Shown: positions 50,922 through 63,300 of the stretch, piece by piece
How the letters are laid out: every line of letters starts with the position of its first letter
Position numbering within the stretch: position 1 is the first letter of the stretch
Origin: Basidiobolus meristosporus CBS 931.73
Lineage: Eukaryota > Fungi > Basidiobolomycota
NCBI GenBank assembly: GCA_002104905.1
Contig: MCFE01000513.1
Span: 199 to 64,198, forward strand
Direction: 5' to 3'
Length of the DNA stretch: 64,000 nucleotides
The notes under the pieces: model-generated
What the model saw: the letters and a program-made list of their open reading frames with translations, nothing else
Told to the model about the DNA's origin: nothing
Database searches by the model: none
Program-made: the position numbers and the translations under genes

Positions 50922-51270
50922 TGTTGTAAGACTCTTGGAGATATTGGAAGTGATTGGGAGGACAAGTAGATTATGTGGTTTTCACTTAATGATTTATTGA
51001 ATGTAAAAGTAGTATTTATACTTTTACCTGATCTTGGCATTAGAAATATGTAGAATTGGTTAAGGAAGGTCCTAAGAACATGTGTGCAAAGTTTGGGGCT
51101 GTTTGGACAACTTTGAGAATTTTCATGTTCTGGGTACCTAGTATTTTGGCAAAAATATTCTAAGTAAATCCCAACAAGGAATTTGGTCATTATTCTATAA
51201 AATATAAAGGTATTGATCTAAGTGACTAAGTTAGGTGAATATTAAAGTGGAAATACAAATTTTTATAACA
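50922..51270 (-). repeat. 5' LTR of copia B (349 bp)
   Basis: Reverse complement of the copia LTR, adjacent to the PBS. Confidence 0.92.
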
Positions 51271-51793
51271 CATTGGAGCAGGCCAAGTCATGCCAAAATG
51301 TAACACCACATTAAACTCAGCCAAGGGCTATCCCAACACATCACATCATGCCTGTGCATGCAAGCACACCTGAACATTAGAAAGTTACTTCTGGTGAACT
51401 GACTGGCAATGACCCATATGAAGTGCCTCCACCTCCAGAGCCTTTGGCAAGTAAGTGAATGTGACAGTGCATGGGACTTGAAGCTGGTTCTGTCATACTG
51501 TCTGGAGCAATTCAGCATGGCCAAGCTCCAGCATTGCACTCATCATCTAGGAGGTGATATACTGACTACAAGTACACAAGTAGCCAGTATGATTATCAAC
51601 AAGGAGGTGGTTCAGGTGCACAAAGTGAATCACTACCAAATTCTTCAGTAGAAATCCCTGTGAGAAAAAAACCTAGAAAAAGATGATGTGTTTGCATCAA
51701 GTGGTTACCATTTGTCATGATCCAACTAACACAGTTTTTTTGCAATCCAAGTCAAGCCACTGCAAATCAGTGATCACTAATTTCTGCTATAAA

Positions 51794-53663
51794 TGTTGTA
51801 GGAGTCTTGGAGATACTGGAAGGGATTGGCAGAACAAGTAGATTATGTGGTTTTCACCTAATAATTCATTGAATGTAAGCGTAACATGTGCACTTTTACA
51901 TAGTATTGGAATAACAAACATGTGGAGTAGGCTTAGGAAGGTCACCAAGAACATGTGTGCAAAGATTGGGGCTGCTTGAGCAACTTTGAGAATTTTCATG
52001 TTCTGGGTACCTGATATTTTGGTGAGAATATTCCAAGTAACTCCTTACAAGGATTTTGGTCATGTTCTCTGAGATTTGAAGGTAATAATCTAAGTGATCA
52101 AGTCAGGTGAATATCAAGGTGGAATTACAAATTTTACAACATCCCACTTAACTAAATGCTCATACTGACTGGTCCCAATTTTGATCTAAGATATTAGACT
52201 TTTTCCGTTGGATAGTGCCACATTGAGCCATGAGTGCCAAATAGTGCCATTGCATGCCAGAGAGGCATAGCAGACCTAAACTTTGCCTCAGAGTATGAAA
52301 CATAGCTCTGCATCTTCATGCAAAGCAGCCCCTGTGTTTCACCCTTTGTGTTGGAGAAAATCCATTTTTTGACCTTTTTATTTGGATCAGTGTTGTGCAG
52401 GATGTGTGAGAGGACAGAAGGACTGAAGACATGCATCTGGTACTCAATACACATGGCACTCTGAATCTAGCTCCTGTAGCTTGTATCATGTCACAAAAAT
52501 GAAAGGCACTCTCTTGGTCCACTGGTACTATCTGGCACTATATTTAAACATTAGCCCTAAAGTAAGACCTATATAAAGCACTTAGAGTGCCAGATAGTAC
52601 CAGTGGACCAAGAGAGTTCCATTCATTTCTGTGACATGATACAAGCTACAGGAGCTAGATTCAGAGTGCCATGGGTATTAAGTACCAGGTGCATGTCTTC
52701 AATTCTTCTGTGCCCTTTCACATCATGCACTACATTAATCCAAAAAAAAAGGTCAAAAAATGGATTTTCTCCAACACAATGGGTGAAACACAGGGGCTGA
52801 TCTGCATGAAGATGAAGAGCTATGTTTCACACTCTGTGGCCAAGCTTAGGCTCACTTGGCCTCCCTGGCACGCTATGGCATCATTTGGCACTCATGGCTC
52901 AATGTGGCACTATCCAATGGAACAAGTCTATTCACACTTGTCTCTAGCTAATGGTTGGTAAGTATGTCTGCAATCATTTCATCTGTAGGACAGTAGGCTA
53001 AGTTAGCTAAGTAGATCTTTATGGCTTCATGTATGAAATGATGTCTAATATCTATGTGCTTAGTTCTAGCATGAAAGTTTGATTTCTACCTAATTGTATG
53101 CATTCTTGGATATCTTGAAATAGAGCAGTAGGTGTACTTAACATAAGCCAGAATCTTTAGAAAGCTTCCTTAGCCACAGTGGTTCTTTTGTAACTTCATA
53201 GGCTGCCATATATTCTGCCCTATTGTAGAAAGTACTATGGTTGGTTGCTTTCTTGAGTTCCTTGAAACTGCTCCTTTACAGTTAAGAAATGTGTTTCCTG
53301 TGGTGATCTTCTGTCTTCAAAGTTTTGTCCCCAACTGGTATCAGAGTATCCCACAAGATCCTGTTCTAAATCCTTATAAGTGTATCTTAAGCAGATATCA
53401 GCAGTTCCTTTTAGGTATCTAAAAGTTCACTTAACTGCTGCAATTTGATCAGATCCATAGCTCAGATTATGCTGGCTGATAACTCCCACTGAATATGAGA
53501 TATTGGGACATGTCCAAGCATGATATATAGCAGACTGCTAACCATAGATTGATAAGGAATTTCAGGGCTTTCATATGGCACTAAGCACTCCTGATTTGAT
53601 TGAGTTTTAACCAAGTTAAGGTTTGTCTCCATTGGGGTAGCTGCTGGTTTACAGTCTTCCATT
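51794..53663 (-). mobile_element. Ty1/copia copy C, 3' fragment (RT end, RNase H, 3' LTR 51794-52141), hosting foldback 2
   Basis: LTR reverse complement, PPT adjacent at 52142, RNase H and RT homology up to ~53663. Confidence 0.85.
52196..52929. mobile_element. Foldback/MITE element 2 (734 bp; 346-bp arms, 42-bp spacer), 3-bp TSD ATT
   Basis: agact...aagtct termini; ATT at 52193-52195 and 52930-52932; the spacer is the reverse complement of the element 1 spacer. Confidence 0.88.
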
Positions 53664-54863
53664 AGCTTCTCAATGCCAAAGGCATCAGTAAATCCATATG
53701 CACATCTGTCCTCTATATTTTCCAGCACTTTCTAGCTGTCCTACATGAACCAATTCAACACATCCATAACAGACTCAAAGGTAATATTATTGATGAGATT
53801 GAAATATGGTAGCATCTGCAACTTGACTGGTTTTTCCATTGGGGCACTCTGGCTCTTGTTTGTGTGAATTCTGTATTGAATGGTGTAGACGTTGGCTTGT
53901 GACCATGAGAAATCTGGCATATCTTGGTAGAATTTTCCTAATAAAATTAGTTGCTTGTAGCACCTAACCCAACTTTGCATTACTTAACAAATTATCCATG
54001 CATTGGGGCTGCTTAGCTTCTTGTTGCCATAGGAATGGGTGTCTCCATGTGCACATCTGTCCTCAATATTTTCCAACTCTGCCTGGCTGTCCTCCATGTG
54101 CCTACTCATCACATCCATGACAGACTGGAAGGTAATATTCTTGATGAGATTGGGATATGGTAGTACCTGTAACTTGACTTGTCTTCCTATCTCCCAACAC
54201 ATCTGCACCATAGGAAACTTCCAAAAGGTGAAGTAAGGCCCAATATTCTCCATATTCCAAGCAAGATGGAGTAGAAAATGGATACACAAGCGGCAGACAT
54301 CTATGTGTTCAGCTTTATGTTTGTAGTATAGCTGCTTAAATCTCATTACAAACTCATCACACAACAGCTGTAGATATGTCAAGTTGGCATTGGTGATCCA
54401 CTTCAGGATAAATATCCCTACAATGCCCACATATGAATCCCAATGCTTCCAATGCATTCTTGGTAGGAATGACTTCAGAATACCACTTGTATAATTATTA
54501 ATCTAGCTCATCCAGTCTTTGTATTTGTATTGTTGTATATGTATATGAATATTGATTGGAACCTGTGAGAAGTACTTAGGGTAACTGATACTCTGTAATA
54601 TCTTGCCAATTCTCTTAAGCTTCTCCAGTATCTTGAAGGGCTCATTTAACTTGAAATGCCCCATGTACAACTTGGTCATCTGTGTAAGAATATTGTTGAA
54701 AAGCAATGCATTGCTCCCAGTGGAAAGCTTTTTCTCCAATAGATACCCTCTATCTTAAGTACCTCCAGTTTCCAATTGATTCTATATTGCAGCCAATGGC
54801 TTATAGCTTGCCAACTTTGCTGCAATTGCATGCTGACATCTGTACATTCTCTCTGTGGTAAGA

Positions 54864-55475
54864 TGGAACCTTCTGGAACACCATGATTAGTAATCACTTA
54901 GCCAGTGAGAAAAGTATATAAGGGAGGCACTCCCTCAACAATAAATCATCATCCATTTTATCAATATACCAACTTGTTGGTTAGTGTGATCACTGCTACC
55001 TGCTGCTACCTGAACCTCTAACCCCTGGCCACCAGACACTCCCAGGAAACCTTACTGACAGCCAACCAACCTTGGAGGCACTACTTGTGAGAAATACTCA
55101 GAGTAGGTATCTTTTGTTATATTTGATTCTTTTGCAAGTTTGTTCTTGTACAGGCAAAGATACTTTTCTGTCTTTGTAACTATTGACCAAAGCTGCATTC
55201 TTATCAAGTCCCTGCTGGTGGAGCTTAGAGTTGTTTTGACCTTGGAAGCTTTAGTACATTATCATCTCAAAGGATGCTGAACCCAGCACATACTTCTGTT
55301 AAGATGCCAACTAAGCTGGGGATTGTAGCTCAAAAGCTTTCCCTTGACAAGCTTGTGGCTTTATTCCCATCACATCAGATTAGAGACAGAACCCAAGTAT
55401 TCTAGCAAGCTTTTGCCAGAGGTTATTGCACCCAGTGAACACCCCACATACAAAACACCTGAGAAGTGTTGGATA
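54864..55475 (+). repeat. Fragment (~610 bp) of the 1070-bp LTR family; ends approximate
   Basis: Reverse complement of ~14220-14830 and ~37200-37820; includes gtatataagg and aataaa. Confidence 0.8.
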
Positions 55476-57071
55476 CCATGTGACCATCAGGAACTTGAGG
55501 CCAAGAAGAATGCACTTGACTTGTTCTATGAGCATTATCCTGGATTCAAACAGGCAAACAGCTTTTTGGACCTTCATTTGTATGCTAAGAAAGTGTCTTA
55601 AGAACAGCAGAAATATCAAAGGCAGAAGAACAAGGGTGCCATGGCTCAAAACCAGTGGCTTCCTCAAGAGCCTGTTGCAAGCAGGGCTGAAAGCTCCAGA
55701 CAAGCATCAAAGAGATGTCAGGTAGCTGGATGAGTCCCAATTAGGGACAAACAGGTAGACACAGATGCACCAGCACTACATTTATCAAGGAAAAAGTGTT
55801 GTGCCAATCAAGAAGCACTCAGTCAGAGTAGCAGTGTAGGACCTGGCAGTGGTAAAAACCAGTGGCTTTTACAGGAGCCCATCTCAGCTACAGTTGAGAG
55901 CTCAAAACAAGTGGAGAAGAAACATCAGGTTGCCTGAAGAGTGCCAGCAAGGGACAAACAGGCCAAAACAGATGCATCATAGCAGAATTTATCTAGGAGG
56001 ACATGTAGTTCATTACAAGAAGCACTCAGACAAAGTAGCAGCAAAAGACCTGGCAGTGACAAAGGAATGGGTAAAGGGAAGGAAGTCTACCAAAGCCTGA
56101 GACAGGGAAGCATGCAAAAAAGCTACAGTTCTTGCCAATTTATGCCGCAATCCCAGAACAGACTAAATCCCATCATACCCAAGAGGAATTACCTACAAGA
56201 AAGCAGCAGTTTTCACAAGAGTTGAAAGCACAGCCAGTGGAGCTACACTCCAGCAAGGTAGATGAGTTTGCAGAAAAAGGCAATTTATCTACCACAGCCT
56301 CTATGTCTTCCATTGTTGACAGAGTGGAGATCCTACTGACAGACAAGGCTACAACATCAAGAACTCTAAAGACTATCACAATGCCTTCATTGGAATTTTG
56401 GAACATTAATGGGCGCACCAAGAGGTTGCAAAACCTCTTCAAGAGCGGTGCTCAAGAAAATGTACTTGTATATTGCAGGGATTTATTGCAAGGACTGGCA
56501 GATGAGGTGATGGACCTTGCAGTGCCAGCTTAAGACCAGGGCATGTCGGAACCAATGAATGAACAGTGGCATAAAGTTGTTGGGTTCCTGCCAAAGTTGT
56601 GAAACCAGAGTACTACAGCAGAAATACTTATTAGGTGGTGATTTTAATGGAGTTACTTGTTGAGTGTGGGGCTCCACTTAATGTTAGTGTAGGGTATAGG
56701 GACTTGTGTAGGTCAATATAATTGGTAATTCAGGTACAATAAAAGCTTCAACAGAAATAAATCAATTTGTACACATGCAAAGTAAGATATATGGTTGAGT
56801 CAGGAAGTAAGGAGTGTGAAAAAAAGGCAATAGCCAATGAATGCACACAAACATAGGAGGTGATAGAATGTTCTGGATTAGATAGTGAGCAAATTGGCAG
56901 GGTACCAATCAAAAGCCACTTATATATTGTTGTGATGAAAAGTTTGGCCAAGTTTTTTGTAAAATCTGGGGTGCAATTATTTTTCAACAGTCTACGGACA
57001 GTGTCCTGACAGGATCAGTACCTCTTAGTCAGAGGACTTTAAATTTTTGACAGCCTTTTGATAGAACATTA

Positions 57072-57088
57072 AAATAATTTTCATAGGG
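57072..57088 (-). repeat. TIR of EnSpm-like copy C (ORF-X side)
   Basis: Reverse complement ccctatgaaaattattt; abuts a gypsy integrase C-terminus. Confidence 0.75.
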
Positions 57089-59417
57089 CTTCATGGAATA
57101 GTTCTAGGAGGGATACATGGAATGTGTCATGGACCTTCATACTTGGTGGCAACTGTGGTGGGTATACAATTGGACTAAGTTTCTTCTTGATCTTGAATGG
57201 CCCAAGTTTCTTGTACTGTAATCTATCACAAGGGTGGCTGGTAACATTGTTTCTTCTCAAGAGCCATACTGAATCACTTTCATTAAGCATGGGGCTAGGC
57301 TGCCATTTGTTGTCTGCAAACTTCTTGTACCCCTCATGGGCAAAGGATAGTTCTCTCTTGAGTGTTTCTTGGATTTCTAGAATTGCTGATGCATGTTGAG
57401 CTGCAGGGAGGCTCATAGGGTTTATTGGGATCTGAATATTGAATTGCAGATGAAAACCATAATTTGCATAGAATGGAGTGAGACCAGTTGCACTATGACA
57501 TGAGTTGTTGTAGGCAAATTATGCATGTGGTAGCAGCTGGGTCTAGTTGTCTTGCTGATATGTGATATAACACCAGAGGTATTGTTCAAGGATCTGCTTA
57601 ATTCTCTCTGTCTGACCATCTGACTGGGGATGAAAAGTGGTTGAGAGCTTGACTTGCACACCAAGATATTGCATGAAATGTTTTCAGAATGTTGGTATGA
57701 ACTGCGGTCCTCTATCAGATACAATGTCACTTGGGATTGCATGGAGCTAGAAAATGCTCTTGATTACTAGGTGGGCAGTCTCCTTGATGTCTATATTCTT
57801 GGAGCAGGGAAGGAAGTGAGCCATCTCTGTGAGTCTATCTGCCACTACCAGGACTGAATTGAATTGGCTGGATTCTGGGAGGTTAATAATGAAGTCCATT
57901 GAAAGTGACTTCCATTGCTGGTCAGGAATTGGCAAGGGCTGAAGAAGTCCAAATGGCTGGTGTCTAGCAGATTTTGCACAATTACATGTGTCACAGGATT
58001 GGAGGCACTCCTTGACAAGGGATATCATCTTGGGCCACCAGAAGTCTTTCTTGATTACATTCATAGTTTTGGCATGCCAAAATGCCCTACAGCCATTGCA
58101 TCATGGCAAGAATGGATGATTTCTAACTGGGTATCAAGGTCTGGGACAAACAGTTTGTGCTAGTGATAGATGATGTCATTGAATAGAGGTAGGTGCTGGA
58201 GGTTTGGTAACTTGGGTGGTGAGTCAGTGGGAGACTTGAGGCATTTCTTGACTGTTGCTGCTGTGGAGTTGGTGGCTTGGCTGGTCTTGACTTTCTCAAG
58301 GAGTAAAGGAGCTATAATACTGAAGGACTGGGCTGCAAGGAGCTCAAAATGTCTTTTGTTGAGTACAGGGTTTTCCATTTGCCAACAGGCATCATCCCCT
58401 TCTTCAAGGGAATACTCCATCTTTCGGTACAGGGCATCAGGTTTTCCTTGTTTCACATCTGGTCTATTGGTTATAACTAAGTCAAAGCTAGATAGGAAGA
58501 GGCACCATCTGGCATGTCTCTGTTTCAGTACCTTTGAGGTGGTAAAGTACTCAAGGTTCTTGTGGTAACAGAAGCTCTTTGTCTTTTTGGCTGCACCATC
58601 AAGGTAGTGTCTCCATTAGACTTGTTCCATCATTCCAGCTGATCATAGTGCCCAATAGTGCCATAGCATGCCAGATGGTGCCTGATCATGCCACAGAGTA
58701 CCAGATGGTGTCATACAGTGCCAATTTGGGATCAAAATTGACATGCATATGACCCTAAAATATTAAATTAATAACAAAATATACAGCACTTTCTGGCACT
58801 GTGATCAATGGCACAATGGAACAAGTCTACTGTTCAAATGCAACAATGATTGAAAGCAGCACTTTAACATAGATATTATAGTTTACTTTGGCTGGAGTAA
58901 ATTTTCATGAGTCAAATACATTAGGGTGTAGCACATTCTTGTCATTGTATTGGGAAAGGATGGCACCAAGGGCAAAGTTGGAGGCATTGGTCTCTATGAT
59001 GAAAGGTCTCTCAAGGTCAGGGTGGGCCAGCAGTGGGGCACACAAGAAGGATTTCTTGATAGAATCAAAGGACTCAGACTGTTCCTTATGCCAGGTAAAG
59101 GGAAGATTTTTCTGGGTGAGCTTTGTCAAGGGAGTGACTATCTTGGAGTAGTTGGTAATGAATCTACCATAAAGTTAGCAAATCCAAGGAAGGATTGGGG
59201 TTCTTTTACTGACCAGGGAGCTTTCCAGGATTGGATGGCTCCTACTTTCATGGGCTCCATTCTTTTTCCACTTGAGCTTACAAGATAACCTAGGAACTCA
59301 ACTTCTTTCTGGTCAAACTAACATATTTCCAGTTTGGCATAAAGGCCAGTGGTGACAAGCTTGGTCAAGACTTTCTTCACATGGGAACTATGTTCTTCTT
59401 GAGTCTTGGAGTAGATT
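57089..59417 (-). pseudogene. pol: Ty3/gypsy (chromovirus-like) pol fragment: RT end, RNase H, integrase; truncated on both sides
   Basis: IYSKTQEEH...; FIIETNASNFALGAILSQ; KDFWWPKM...CDTC; SMDFIINLP; SDRGPQF; GPFKI...HDTFHVSLL. Confidence 0.85.
58618..58828. mobile_element. 211-bp mini-element sharing termini with the foldbacks; TSD ATT/ACT
   Basis: agacttgttcca...tggaacaagtct; removing it restores RNase H AFEQWRHYL on the minus strand. Confidence 0.8.
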
Positions 59418-60344
59418 TGTTGTAAAAATTCATATTTCCACCTAAATATTCACCTAACTTAGTCACTTAGATCATTACCTTCAAATCCTAGAGAATACCA
59501 ACCAAATTCCTTGTTGGGATTTACCTAGAATATTTTTGCCAAAATACCAGGTACCCAGAACATGAAAATTCTCAAAGTTGTCCAAACAGCCCCAAACTTT
59601 GCACACATGTTCTTGGGACCTTCCTTAACCTATTCTACGTGTTTGTAATGCCAAGATCAGGTAAAAGTATAGATACTACTTTTACATTCAATAAATCATT
59701 AAGTGAAAACCACATAATCTACTTGTCCTCCCAATCACTTCCAATATCTCCTAGAGTCTTACAACAGGTTGTGAGCCCCAAGCTGTTACTCTCTGCAACA
59801 TCTACTACTGCTATTACTGGAATTTTTGCTCTGCTGAAAAGTTGGATGGATCTAACTACCAAGTGTGGAAGGTGAAGATGAAGATGCTGTTACAAGAAAG
59901 AGGCCTTTGGGATACTATCATGGGAGAAGAATGCCCTCCTAAAAACGTGGGAGAGGAAGCCTTAAAGTACCAGAAGAAAGAACAAAGTGCCTTTAATTGC
60001 TTTTGTCTTAATGTCAAGGACAAATTGCTAATTCAATGCTCAAGAGCAAAAACAGCAAAGAATGCCTGGAAAGCATTAGAAGACACTGACCAGTCATGTT
60101 CAGCTGCTAAGAAAATGTATCTGAGAAGAAAATTCTTTACTACAAAGATGCTGCCAGGAGAAGGAATGAAAAATTAAATTAACAGAATTACCCTGCTGGT
60201 AGATGAGATGGAATCTGTGGGCATACCAACTACTGATGAGGTTGTGATGGTTACCATCCTGAATAGTCTGACAGATGAGTTTCAGGTCCTTGTATCAGCC
60301 CTAGAGTCCAGAACTGAAGATTTGACCTTAAATTATGTATATGG
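59418..60344 (+). mobile_element. Ty1/copia copy D, 5' part (LTR 59418-59766, PBS, partial gag), interrupted by copy E
   Basis: 349-bp LTR, PBS ggttgtgagccc, gag ORF 59842-60177. Confidence 0.9.
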
Positions 60345-63300
60345 TGTTGTAAAAATTCATATTTCCACCTAAATATTCACCTAACTTAGTCACTTAGATC
60401 ATCACCTTCAAATCCTAGAGAATACTGACCAAATTCCTTGTTGGGATTTACTTAGAATATTTTCACCAAAATACCAGGTACCCAGAACATGAAAATTCTC
60501 AAAGTTGTCCAAACAGCCCCAAACTTTGCACACATGTTCTTGGGACCTTCCTTAACCTATTCTACGTGTTTGTAATGCCAAGACCAGGTAAAAGTATAAA
60601 TACCACTTTTACATTCAATAAATCATTAAGTGAAAACCACATAATCTACTTGTTCTCCCAATCACTTCCAATATCTCCAAGACTCTTACAACAGGTTATG
60701 AGCCCCAAGCTGTCACTCTCTGCAATGTCTACTACTGCTATTACTGGAATTTTTCCCTCTGCTGAAAAGTTGGATGGATCTAACTACCAAGTGTGGAAGG
60801 TGAAGATGAAGATGCTGCTACAAGAAAGAGGCCTTTGGGATATTGTCATGGGAGAAGAATGCCCTCCTAAAAACATGGGAGAGGAAGCCTTAAAGTACCA
60901 GAAGAAAGAACAAAGTGCCTTTAACTGCATTTGCCTTAATGTCAAGGACAAATTGCTAATTCAATGCTCAAGAGCAAAAACAGCAAAGAATGCCTGGAAG
61001 GCATTAGAAGACACCTACCAGTCATGTTCAGCTGCCAAGAAAATGTATCTGAGAAGAAAATTCTTTACTACAAAGATGCTGCCAGGAGAAGAAATGAAAA
61101 ATCTAATTAACAGAATTACCCTGCTGGTAGATGAGATGGAATCTGTGGGCGTACCAACTACTGATGAGGATGTGATAGTTACCATCCTGAATAGCCTGAC
61201 AGACGAGTTTCAGGGCCTTGTATCAGCCCTAGAGTCCAGAACTGAAGATTTGACCTTAAATTACGTATATGGAAGGCTCCTGGATGAAGAATTAAGAAAA
61301 TCAAGCGCTAATAAGAAGGAAGAAGAAAATGCTTTAATAAGCAATGATAGCCAACAAAGGAGATACCCAAGACCCTACAAAGGTAACAGCAACCTGTTTT
61401 GTAGCTACTGCAAAAGGAAAGGACACACATCAGACCGGTGTCTCAAAAAGAAATATAATCAGCAAAAGAAGCCTGAATATGGAAATGCTGCAACAACTGA
61501 AGATAGACTATTCATATCTGCACTAAATATGACCACAAACAAGGATTCTCAGACGTGGTATATTGACTCTGGAGCTTCTCAACACTTTACACACCAAAAA
61601 GAACTTTTTACCCAATATCAAGAAATTCCAATTAAGAAGGTTTTCATGGGTGACAATAGAACACTTGATGCAGTGGGAGAAGGAACTATCCAAGTAAACC
61701 TTAGAAGCAGTGAAGGAAGCCATACACTGACCTTTAAAGAAGTACTCTATGTACCAGAAATAGCCAAGAACCTACTCTCTGTAAGCAAGGCCACAACAGA
61801 AGGACTCAGTTTCAGTTTTGACAATTCTGGATGCAGGATCACTGATCAAAATGGTGCCCATATTGCTTTGGGCATCAGAGATCAGAGTCTATACAAGTTG
61901 ACTTATATTCCATCATATCTGGAAGCCAATATAAGTAACTTAAATGAAGAAACACCAATGCTTTGGCACAGGAGATTTGGACACATCAATTTTGATTATT
62001 TGCGCAAAATGATCAAAGATCAGCTAATTTCTGGAGTGAAAATTGATCCCCCAGCTAATTTGGAGCACTGTGAAGCCTGCATATATGGGAAACAAGCCAG
62101 ACAACCGTTCAAGAGCTCTGGGTTAATCAAAACTGAGAAAAAATTAGATCTAATTCACTCAGATCTGTGTGGACCTATGCAAAATTTATCCTTAGGCGGG
62201 ATGAAGTATTTAATCACTTTTATTGATGAGTATACAAGATACACATGGGTCTACTTCATGGAGAGAAAGGAAGAAGCTCTGTCTAAGTTCAGGGAGTTTA
62301 AAGCCATGGTGGAGAGAGAAACTGGTGAAAAAATCAAGAAAATACGCTCTGATAATGGTGGAGAATATACCTCAAAACTGTTCATCCACTTCTGCAAAAT
62401 TCATGGGATAAAGCAAGAGACTACTATACCATACTCCCCACAGCAAAATGGAGTAGCAGAACAAGCTAACAGATCAATAATTGATATGGCAAGATCTATG
62501 ATCCATGATCAAAAATTATCCTATGATTTTTGGGCGGAATCAGTTGCCACAGCTGCATACCTTAAAAATAGGAGTTATAACAGAATACTTCGTGATTCTA
62601 CTCCATCTGAAGCATGGTATGGATACAGACCAAGTGCAGAACATCTAAGAATATTTGGGTGTACAGCATATGCCAAAAAACTGGCCGGAAATCAGTCAAA
62701 ATTTGAGCCAAAAAGTGTAAAATGCATATTTTTGGGCTACTGCAATGAGAGTAAGGCATACAGACTCTACAATACCAAAGCAAAGAAGCCGATCAAGTCC
62801 AGGGATGTGTTGTTTGATGAAAATTCAAAATTTTCACAAAAAATGACATCAGATGATGACGAAAATTTGTTCTCAAGTCCACAAATTGTCAGGATTGAAT
62901 CAGAGCAAAACAATGAAAATTTTTTCACTCCAGAGGACTCTACAACCGTGGTTCTGCCAGAATCAGTGCCCAGGAATATCCCAGAAGTGATCATTCCAGT
63001 ATCAAATGCCCGGAGATCCAATCGGACAAGAAATAGCCCAAATTACTATATCAATGAGGGTACAAACTTAGCCTATGCCCATTCAGTCCATATTGATGAA
63101 CCCCAGACTGTAAAAGAGGCCCTAAATGGCCCTCAGACAAAGTTTTGGAGATCTGCAATGACTGAGGAATATCAGGCACTGATGGAAAATCAAACTTGGG
63201 ACTTAGTCAAATTACCAATCAACCGAAAATCAATTGGATGCAGATGGGTCTTCAAGACAAAATACAAGGCTGATGGTACAATTGAAAGATACAAAGCAAG

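Larger units (their letters stand above)
42271..51270 (-). mobile_element. Ty1/copia copy B, decayed, hosting the Gag-PR element and foldback 1; 3' LTR truncated
   Basis: 5' LTR at 50922-51270; PBS (reverse complement) ggttatgtgccc at 50910-50921; 3' LTR remnant at ~42271-42526; gag, PR, IN, RT and RH fragments present. Confidence 0.92.
53664..57088 (-). mobile_element. EnSpm-like copy C, truncated and rearranged (transposase fragments 53664-54863, ORF-X 3' part ~55480-56600, TIR at 57072-57088)
   Basis: ORFs 53984-54457 and 54503-54739 (transposase) and 56132-56533 (ORF-X); terminal aaataattttcataggg. Confidence 0.8.

Noticed and set aside
50558-51190. 210-aa ORF that appears to extend copia gag upstream through the LTR (similar frames at 6393-6647 and 59639-59875)
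   Set aside because: It is an incidental open frame across the LTR and PBS. The family start is the ATG of MSTTAI just after the PBS, and other copies have stops in the LTR frame.
57422-57742. 106-aa ORF that looked like a foreign insertion in the gypsy integrase
   Set aside because: Another frame of the same DNA reads IPSDIVSDRGPQF...HPQSDGQTER, the integrase core, so the ORF is a shadow frame.
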